DNA of 63,544 nt, counting the filler, from Platydemus manokwari (lineage: Eukaryota), in assembly GCA_037951405.1 (NCBI GenBank). It is 4 parts of 4 records of this genome, joined end to end, with 100 filler letters (N's around TTAATTAATTAA, not from the genome) between each part and the next. Parts side by side here need not be neighbours in the genome. Positions count along the whole stretch, not along the records: positions 1 to 18,581 come from JBBMOY010344447.1; 3 more parts are not named here. One strand, 5' to 3'. The notes beneath the pieces were generated by a model. That model was not told the DNA's origin. It did not search any database and worked only from the letters and a program-made list of their open reading frames with translations. A program made the translations under genes and the position numbers. Shown here piece after piece: positions 1 through 10,779 of this stretch (positions are counted from its first letter, which is position 1; every line of letters begins with the position of its first letter).

Positions 1-74
<74 letters not shown>
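1..74. repeat. (TAT/ATT)n microsatellite
   Basis: About 24 perfect TAT units at the window start; the array may continue beyond the window edge. Confidence 0.95.
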
Positions 75-77
<3 letters not shown>

Positions 78-2662
78 GATTTTTAAAACAAATATTTTAA
101 TGCAATAATGATTGTATCTATTCAACAAAAGAGCTATTAAATTAACAAAACATTATAAATATTTGAGATATTCATCTCGGCTAGTTTATCTCGAGATCGA
201 TATAAAAATACATCGTAAAGATCTTTGAATCCCATGACTGAAAATCAAAAACATTACCTCTTTATTTGGCTTGTCGAACTGATTTATGATATCCAAGGAA
301 TAAATTAATTTCGATTTGTAGCGAAAACCTTGCGGAGGAATGTACAAAGTGTTTGTACCAAAGATTATGACACCTCTGTAACGATATTTTTTCTTAAGAA
401 CATTTAAATATTCTTTCAAAAGAATCTCACTTTATTCGAAGTTCGTTGCAGATTATCGATGATAAAATGAGACTGTTGTCGTCTATACTTTCTTCATTAA
501 TATAAAAAACCGATGCAGTCTGAATGGATTTTAGAAAAATATATTTTTTAATAACATCAATGAGGTATGGATAAATCCATCTCATCAAATAATCAAATCA
601 CACAAGTTGTTCTGCTATCCGATAATATCTATCAAAAATAATATCAAAAAGTGTCAATCAACTCCAGTCTTTATGTGATGACGTACGGAAAAATGCATTT
701 TTCATTATTTTTTATTTTAAACATCCAATTGGCAGTGTTGTGAAGGATCTTTTGAAAGATCTTTAAATAACACACTTAATTCGATAAAAAAATCAGATAA
801 TGGTGTAACAGTTAAAAAAAAATGATCATTTTTTTATCCGTATGGAGCTATTAAGCAAAATAATTACCAATGGCAACGAATGTTTGACAAAATTATTAGC
901 TTAAGTTAAGAAAAATAGTCTTTTGATCCAATTTTAATGTAATGAATTTTCGTGGGTTATTTAATATTAAAATTTATTGGTAATCATTATTTAATGAAAT
1001 TTTTGCTTAAAATTCAATTTTAGAATTAAAAGGGAAAATAACTAACAATCCTTATATATTATGTATAATGGTTTCACTAACATACAATTAAATCAAGTTA
1101 TTATTTTAAATATAAAATTTCTAATTAACAGTCTAAAAATATGAAGTAATTCTTTCGTACTATATCTCCCCAGTATTTCAAAATCTCAAAGACAATATCT
1201 TCAAGGTCCATTATTATATTTGGCCCTCCAAAGTAGACCTCATCAATTTCTACGACAATATTTCGGAATCCAATAATTGTTATATGCCAAGTTATTTATT
1301 TAAAACTTACAAACTTTGTACATTAATAAACAATTTTAAGTTCTTAGTTTTATTTTAATAAAAATTGTTAATATTCGTTCATTGTTGGTTTGTTTATGGA
1401 TGACATTTTGCTAATACACTTTGTGTGAGTCCCGTGCACAAAAAATACTTTATTCTGAATGTCGAAAAGTGATAAGGCCGAATTGTTCAACAAAGCTCAT
1501 ATTCGAATTCCGAAACTTCTTACATATTTATGGCATCCCCACCTGTACTATTTAATTGATTTGGATGAAATCTTCATTTCATTACAGTATGTACAGGTTT
1601 TGCATCTATGTATCCGATCTATTAAATAGATATTAATATACTTATTTTGATATAAAACACAAGTACCTAGTTCCTGGGACTCCTCAATGATTTCCAAGTC
1701 ACGTTTATATAAAATAACTCTAAAAATCTTAGATATCATTCCACTTGCTTCTAATTTGAAAAAAATGGCCACGCTAATTTTCAATTAATTGATTTTTAAA
1801 AGATTTTAAAACTCCTGAGTATATATTATTTGTTTCTAAACAACTAAAATTTTTCTCAAGTACTTAAATAAAAAAATCGAAATACTTTTAGAATTTAATT
1901 AAATAAACTATATAGATTTTTGCAACACACTTCACAAATTAAAAATTTTACTTTATGACCTTTCTTTTTAACTTAATCCGGAAATACAAAAGTTTCCTTC
2001 AATAAATAACAATCAAAGGCTCAAATAAAAAATTAAAATAAATACTTGTAAACTAAAAGCGTTATTAAATAAATTTTGCAATATCAACAACAAACGGTAA
2101 GTATTCAACAGACTCGTTAAAGGAAAATGATTTATTTAAGTTGATAGATGTGAGTTTGAGCCAATATCAGGTTACTACATTACTGTTTAAAATTATTATA
2201 AATACACAACATTATTAAGAGACATAAAAATTATTATTTTAACAAGTAATCTCAAATGAGTAATATTAAAAAAATTGAAGTTATTCACTTTCTTTAAAAG
2301 AAAATGCATTTTAGGAGAATCAGTGCTTACAATTACTTCTAGCGATCAGTTGATTAATTATTTGTGTAAAACTTAAACCGCTTCAAACCATTATGAAGTC
2401 GAGGTTATAAGTTCAAATAATAAAAATCAATCTATTTTTCGAATAAAAAGTTTGTTAAATTAATTCAACTTTTGTGTTTAAATTAAAATAAAATCTTCCA
2501 ATCATAAGTCACATTTGAGCAAAGTATTAATAAAAACATGCTAATGGTGGAAATATAATTTTTTATTTGCATCAAAAAATTTTAGTTGAATAAATAAAAC
2601 ATTGATGTTCATATAAAAATAGAAATCTTAAAGATTAATCAGCAATTTCATCATTAATATCA

Positions 2663-5600
2663 TCACCACCATCCGTCAGAGGTCCGATCAGATTCGTAAT
2701 CCATTTCATCTTGGTACTCATCGATTTTATAATCTGTGTTTTGAGTTTCGATATTTTTTGATTCTATTTGTTTCTGATATTCATCAAAAAAACCATGTTC
2801 ATCGTTCTCGATAATATCAAACAACAAATCACTATGATATTCAATATTGACGTACTCGATCTTTTGAAAGCTTTTATCCGGTAGTTTGTTTTCCTCAGAT
2901 TCTTTCATTGAAGACAATTTTTCATCCATTTTTGGATCACAATTTCGTTGATAAGAATCAAAGAAATCACTGCTATCATCTTCGAAATCGCCATAGTTAT
3001 CCTGATCACTTTCAATTGAAAAATTTTGCTTAATAGTCTGTCGTCTTGATTGTGGAGGACATTTTAAATCATTGTCCAATTTCATTAATTTCAGATCAAA
3101 TAACCATGGTGGAGATATTTGATTTGACTGTATCAATATTTTCCTAAGTTCATAAGAATGCTTCCAATCACCTTCATTCATAAAGGTGATTGATTTTCCA
3201 GTCTTGCTAGAAAAATTATTTATAACTACAATGTTTGACACAATTAAAAATTATTATAAGAAAATCAGGATAGATAATAATTTTTCCACAAGTATACAGA
3301 AAAATCAAAAATGTTTTGAAAAATCCAAACTATCAAACTTATTTCCTTTTCATATTCTATATTTGAAACAGTTTTATTCCAGAATGAAGATAATTACATT
3401 AGATGGCTTCATTTAATATAGACATAGGTTTTTTTATTATTACTTATTCGATAATTAATAAATCAAATCGTTATAGTTAACCAAAGTTTTAAAAACGATT
3501 GATCTGAAGTGATTTCATATAACTTCCAATAAAGATTCTGATATATTTTGAAAAACTTTCCGTTCGGTTGGAAAATCACTATATATTTTTTATTTCCCAC
3601 GGGATTGTTGCTCATTCAAAATATAATACAAGTGGATTTTTTAAACGCTATGCAAAAAATGACATATTTGTCGTAGATAACAATGAATATTGAGTATTTT
3701 ATACATTTTATATGATAACTATATATTTTATACCCCGTAGCAATGCTAATATATTGTGTAATTTAAGAGATTTTTCATTTAAGTCGACACTATACATTCA
3801 TATGAATTCGAGTTTTGATAATATCGACAAATTAAACAAATGATTTTCAACAAAAATAAAATATTTGAAAATTAAAGCATCTAGCTTACCCAGCGCGTCC
3901 TGTGCGACCTACTCTATGTACATATTCTTCAATATCTCTAGGAAAATCATAATTGACAACGCATGTGATATCAGCAATATCTAGACCCCTTGAAGCAACG
4001 TTAGTTGCTATTAAAACTGTACATTTGCCATCCTTAAACCATGATAATGACTGCTCACGATCCTCCTGGCTAAGGTCGCCATGTATATCACATATTTCAG
4101 CATAATGACCTAGTTTACCTGATCTCACCAATCGATCTAGGTAGTTTGTTAAAGATCGACACTGAACTTTGCGTGTTACAAACACAATAATTTTATCCTT
4201 TTCATTCATACAACGTAATATTTCACATAATTCATCGGTTTTATCAGAATTATTGACGAATTTTACCTCTTGGACAACGTCATTGCAAGCCTAGAGAAAA
4301 ATATTAACACAGTGGAAGTAACCTTTAATAAACTTTAAAAATGTAAATGTAAAAACTTTAAAAAATAACACCAGTAGTTGGAAATTGATACCAAGTAATT
4401 TATATTAATTATAATCTATTTATACTTATATATAAAACATTGTGTGCCACTAGAAACACACAAATATAGAAAATACAAGTAATACACGCTCAGAACTATC
4501 AAGGTCTAACATGGTCATTTTCAAGGACATTATAAATTCAACCAAAAAGAATATTAACACATTGACGGACAGTAGGAACAAATGAAGTTCGAAATTTAAC
4601 ATTATATATTTTTGTAATTTTTAGAATATTAGAAGTATTAATTAAGCACCTTTAATTAGGTTGCTGCCATAACCGTCATGGCGTCAGCGAATTCTAGACA
4701 CTAAGTATTGGGACGGTGGCGGCTGTAACTTCGCTTTGACGGTTATAGACGCAAGTGTCCGTCAACGTGCTAATTTCATTATTTAACAGGTTTATAATAT
4801 GCATTTGAATTGCTTTCAAATTGATTATGAAATGCTCATTTTAGGAACAATTACAATTTATTATACTCACGAATTTTTTCTAAGAACTCGTTTTGGTCAT
4901 TGAGGATTTAAAAATGATGATTATTTCTAAAAGATTTTATATATTTTGTTAACTATATTAATTTGTTTAAATAATTGTAGTGAAATCTAATTCAGTGTTG
5001 TGACTTTCCAGAAAATTTCCCATGCGTGATTTATCAAATAGTAGCGACTTAGCCATTATTTTTGATATGTTTCAATTAGTTTTATAAACAGTTTCATTCT
5101 ATTTTAAGAAAGCATTAAGCATGTATTTGTCACTTAAGTCATCAAATTATCTAAAACATATCAAATTACGATTTTACACAATTGAAGTACATGTTCACTT
5201 TCAAAAATCATGATTTTGGTTTTACATAGTAAACTATTCGCAAGCAATTTCCTCTTCAACCTTACATTCATACCATTTGAAGGAAGCAGACATTTTTCAG
5301 AAGCAATATTATTTTGTCGTATCAACTCATACTGGTTTATGCTACGGACATATATTCTATATTATAAATAGAATTTTAATAGGTATTATGAAAAAATATT
5401 TAAGTGAAAAACTAGCAAGGGTATTAGGTAAATCTAATGACAAAATTCTTCACGAGTGTATTCATAACAGTTAAAATATATCTACACATACAATGCAACA
5501 ACATTCTTATTAAGCACTATAAACGTTAAAAAATCTTTATTGTACACAAAATATTGAAAAAATTTATTCAATTTTTTTTATTCAAATTAAAAGCTCCAGT

Positions 5601-8600
5601 AGAGACTATCACTTTGCACAGCCCATTGTATGCAGGACTTTAAATGAAGATTTATTAAAACCACTGCATTAGAAGTTTAATGTTATTCTAAAAAGTAATT
5701 TCAGTATGTGAGTAACTGGAAAGGCAGAATAGGATTTAAAAAATGGGTAATATTATTAATTTTGAGGTCACAAGAAAGCAGGATATTTCTCCTTCAACAG
5801 ACGGAAAAAATGCAAGCAATTTTGCAGATATTTACTTTGTATTATTACATGTGCACTTGTAACTTCGTATGGTTAAGATTTAAGTAGAAATTGAGAAAAT
5901 TTATTGTATTAAAGTCGGTATTATTGTCCTGACTGTAACGTGGGTTTGTTTGATTTAAGATTTATCACACAAAGTTGAATTTTTATTTTTTTATAAAATT
6001 GACGTTTTTCAATTTTTTGTTTTAAGTTTTCTACTTTATCAATATTGTGAATAAAAACAAAAACCCTACTTTTTTGGACCTCATTTCACAGAAAAACCCT
6101 CGCATTTCGTGGTTAAAGAACTTAATATGTAAATTTTCCGAATCTTTTGATGTTTTATGTTAATATTTGTTTATATTTTATAAATCAAATATAAATGAAT
6201 AAATCTCCTATCGTTGTGGAATTTGTTGAAATCAGACTATAATTGGCTCAAAATTACGTCGATTTATTATATCAGAAAATAATAATTTAAAACTCACTAT
6301 TAGGTCCAAAGAACCGACATTAACTTGGACCGGATTATCCATATATAACAAAGCTATTTGCTGAACAGAGTCGGGCCAAGTGGCACTTGTCATTATGGAT
6401 TGTCTCTGTTTCCTTGTCTCTTTAATAATACTAACTACTTGTGGCTCAAAACCCATATCTAACATCCTATCAGCTTCATCGAGCACCAGATAGCTGACCT
6501 TTGAATCAAATAATTTTACTAACATGAAATCACTTAATTACGTCTTTCAAGCACAAACATCCCATTCTTATCAGATCGTTTATTCGACCTGGTGTTCCAA
6601 CTACAATTTCAGGATTATTCATTCGTAAGTCTTTAATTTGCTTGTCTTTCTCTGCACCACCATAACAACAGACTGATTTAATTTGATCATATTGAATCTT
6701 ATCCATTTCACTTTCAATTTGCATCGCTAATTCCCTCGTCGGACTGAGGATAAGTGCAGTAGGCCCTCTCCGGTATACCCTTTGTCTGTGGTAAAAATGA
6801 TTTTCCAATGTTAATAGATCCCCATTATTGAATTATTTTTAATTAATGAGAACAAATGCAGCTCTATTTATTATATACATGTGGGTATTTGTTAATTAAC
6901 TTCGGTAAAACGTAACTTTGAGAATTCTGGGAATTTACTCGTTCACTATTGATAAAATTTTGTTTATAAATATATCAATAAATATTTGCAGTATTTTTGC
7001 CATTTAATATAATACTATCTTTTCGAGTAATCGCTAGTAGCGAAAAAATCATTAAGATCATTACAATCATTAATAAAATTGTGATTTGATACACCAACTT
7101 ATTAACCAATTTATCACAATTAATAGAAATGTCTCAATAAATGCCCATTAGACGATTTAAAGATGCAATAAAATAATTTTAAAGTTTATCAGAAACAACG
7201 CAAATATACACTTCATACCTTCGTTGTATTATTTAAATAAGTTTTATTTAAATATATTCGTTTTTTCGAGGGAGAAATTAGTGCTAGTAATTATATACAA
7301 TTAATTAAATAACAAATTAAATTTAAATAGATTTTTTTATTTTTTATTTTTCTAAAAATGTATTTTATGTAAATTAATTTATCGCCCGTCGATTAATATC
7401 AATTCAAAAGTACTATTGACAAAAATAATGGGGCCTATATATGAATGAATTGCTATAGTTTTGAAATGATAGCATAAAGCAGAAAAAATAGCAATCATTA
7501 AAATCAATATAATAATATTGATCGAATATTATAATTTTATCATCTTCAAAGAAATTATCACTTTCAAAACTATTAAAATTACAATTCATTTTGTATCAAT
7601 AGTTAAATCTCTTTAATTCATAAAATTTAAATATCCCTTCCTACAGATAAAGAAGATGCTTTAAATAAGACAGGTAGTAAATAACAAATTTTGGATCTAA
7701 TAAATGATTTATGAAAGGATTTAACACAAATTACCGATAACACTGGTCAATCAAATATTATAAAAAATTAATATCGTAATTAAAACACTCCGAATAATTT
7801 TTCAAATAGCTCATATTTACTGCATTTACATCACTATCATAGTGTTAAAATATAAATAAATTATAAAAAAATTTAATATTTGATTAATGCGTGATTGAAA
7901 TTGATCTTAGCTATATAGTAGAAAATAAAGCGGTATTTTAAACCTGCTATTTATAAATGTATATGCATAAGATTTGATTTCTATTTCGATAACAATAAAA
8001 TTCGTGAAGATGCAATTCAACGAACTTTGAATGTTACTACAAACCAAAACTATCGACTCATTTTTATCGAAGTTATTTTTATAACATGATAGCAATCGAT
8101 AAAACCATACAATTAATCCTATCATTAACCATCATTAAAATATAATGCAAATATTTACAAACGTTTAATAAGAATCTTACATCACCACAATACTAAATAA
8201 CATTTTGAGATTCAAAGTTAATATAGCAAAAATAGAAAATTTTGATTCATTATAAAATGAAGTTTAATTTATGTTTTGTGGTACCAAGTGCAACACCACT
8301 TGGTAGATGGACTAAAATTTGGGAATATCTTATCAATATACACTTGACCGTGATTCCAACCATTCATATAAAATAAAAACGTAGATTTAATAAATAAATC
8401 TTTCCATGAAAATTCGATGATTTACTAACATTTTATTATCAGTACTTAAATCAATGAATGTCTAAAATATAGAATTACAAGGAAATTGATTTTTCATTAC
8501 TTAAAATTTTAAGTTTTTAAGAATCAAATATGGCTTCTTAGTTTTTAATCATTCTGATAATACGTATTTAGTGTCAAAACACGAGTTTAAGATTAGTAAC

Positions 8601-10384
8601 AGAAGAGAATCACATTGGTAGCTGTAGTATCTTGTCACAAACTTATGTACTAACCACACCATAGGTCCTTCGTGACCTTAGAACACTTTAAACTAAAAAG
8701 ATTTTATGAATATCAAACTTAAACGCTAAGTTACGCTTTGATAGGCGATGAAAGCAGGATTTTTATAAGAACACAGTACCTTTAGAATTTATCTAAAGGT
8801 TTAAAGCATGGACCATTTACCCCCAATCCGAGATTAAATAATCAACATAGACACAATTACAAACTGAGTATGGACACTAACTCTTGTAACTTTGTATCAC
8901 ACATGCCGATAGCAAAATTAAAAGAATTCGTGGGAGAAAACATATTGTGCTTTGCACATACAACATCACCTTAATATCTCAATATCAATAACAAATTATA
9001 TAAGCTTTAATATAAAATAATTTGTATAACTAATGTCACCACAGTTCATACTATATTAACAAATTTCGGAAAGACTATTTTTTTATTTTTAATAAAAAAT
9101 ATTTCAAATAATTCTATCAGGAATTTTAATAAAAAATTTAGTCAAAATATTAATTAGTTTAAATTTACAATTGTTACATTTCACTTGTTAAATGAAAAAA
9201 ATCACTAAAAGCACGTGATCTATTATTTTCCTTCCACGTGAGTTTTTTCTATTACTCTACAATTTATTTTCAAAAATAAAGCAATACATTATAAAATAAA
9301 ACGAAATTCACTTCACAATGCATTTAATAATAACCATTTATATTAAATTGCTTTTTAATTCGAATCATCTTTCAATTTTAAAGATAATTTTGATGTTATA
9401 TTTTTATTGATTAAAATGTGTACTGAAATTTTTATTACATATATTCTTTATTAAGGCCACATTAAGATAAAATGACCAGTGATTCCATATGTTGAATATT
9501 ATCATAAATGTTTAATTAAAATTCAATTGAAAGATAATTTATGTTATAAATATATGTGAAGAAATCCTGATTTTATTGCAATACAAGTTTTAATAAAATA
9601 AATATTAAAAATTATAAATATTTTAGATATCTCGAAAACATATTCTTGCAAAATCTTACTTTATCTGACCATTGATGTGAATTAAAGCTGGTAAGATAAA
9701 TGTCAATGTTTTCCCGGTTCCAGTTTGAGCTATCCCAATGAAATCTCGACCACTGAGAATCACTGGCCAACCAATACATTGAATAGGTGAGGGTTCCTCA
9801 AATTTCAATAATTTGATGATATCAAGAATATCTGGATACTTCCAAAACATTTCTTCAAAATTTCTAATTGGCTTTACGATCCCGGAAGCTCCGGGTAGTA
9901 CTTCGACTTGGTCCTCGTTATAATCATTATCATCGTGTACACTTTCGAATCGATCGATTGGACAAGTTTGCAATTCTTTAGCTATTATATTATTTTTGAG
10001 CAATAGAAAAGACTCAATTTCTTGTAGAGACAATGCTGAAATGGATGCATGCTCTTCATAAAAATTACGACGAATTGGATAGACATCTAAAACATTAAAT
10101 AACTCTCAGACACATTTTTCAAAATTCTCACTTAAATCTTTATCTCCCAGAATATATGGTGTTCTAGGTATTGGATTAATAGATTCCTTTTTAGGTGTCT
10201 CAATTTTTTTTGGAGATTCGGTGATTACTTTTACTACACTAACTTCTTTTTCTTCGCTTCTATCTACTTTATTCCAGTTGCCCCAATAGTCGTCATCACT
10301 CATGTCATCTTGTAGATAACATCTACCAACGACCTTATTTATGTTTAATGATAAATTAGACATTGGAACAGAATTATTTTCCAT
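2663..10384 (-). CDS. DDX43: DDX43-like DEAD-box RNA helicase paralog lacking the KH domain (gene B), about 689 aa, acidic C-terminal tail ending SDGWW
   Basis: Hand-built exons 10384-10132, 10086-9660, 6785-6542, 6498-6298, 4290-3890, 3206-2663. All introns are GT-AG (45, 2874, 43, 2007, 683 nt), phases are consistent, and the total is 2070 nt with no internal stop. Motifs: Q ([13 protein letters not shown]), I (AQTGTGKT), Ia (PTRELA), Ib (TPGR), II (DEAD), III (SAT-WP), IV (IVFV), V (TNVASRGLD), VI ([10 protein letters not shown]). The true 5' end is uncertain. Confidence 0.88.
4554..4773. mobile_element. piggyBac-like MITE in an intron of gene B
   Basis: TTAA-CACATTGACGGAC at 4554-4570 and GTCCGTCAACGTG-CTAA at 4757-4773 (15/17 inverted match, TTAA-type target site). 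Internal inverted repeat CCATAACCGTCA (~4667) / TGACGGTTATAG (~4737). Confidence 0.65.
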
Positions 10385-10438
10385 TTCTTGCACACTGAAT
10401 AAAGATTCATGTTCTAAACCCCTTCAACAAAAAAAGTA

Positions 10439-10651
10439 CAACAGAGTACGGATAACTGAAATCCCTCACAACGTATATAAAGTGGTGTTGATATGTGCAC
10501 TCAGAATTATAATGAGCGTGATTTGTAAAATGTTTACAATATAAGCAACTTAGAAAATCAAAAAAATTATTGTCTATACTTATGTGGAGCATATAAAAAT
10601 GGATAACTCGAACAACGTTCAGTAATATTTCGAGTTATCCTTACTCTACTG
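10439..10651. mobile_element. pogo/Tigger-like MITE between DDX43 gene A and gene B
   Basis: Imperfect terminal inverted repeats TA|CAACAGAGTACGGATAACTGAAAT (left) and CAGTAGAGTAAGGATAACTCGAAAT (right, reverse complement). An extra internal GGATAACTCGAA copy at 10601-10612 forms a hairpin with 10629-10640. Family assignment rests on TIR resemblance only. Confidence 0.5.
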
Positions 10652-10779
10652 TTAAACATCAAACGCAATCAACCAAAAAACAGAATAATCAATAAACTTT
10701 AATTTAATATTAAATGCAATAAATGCAGCCAGAAACTAATATTCAACAATACACAAATGTTTTACATATCTATCGTATT

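Noticed and set aside
186-1784. Short ORFs 186-419 and 1548-1784, and similar 60-110 aa I/F/L/K/N-rich ORFs elsewhere
   Set aside because: Composition expected by chance in very AT-rich DNA; no motifs or splice-consistent neighbours.
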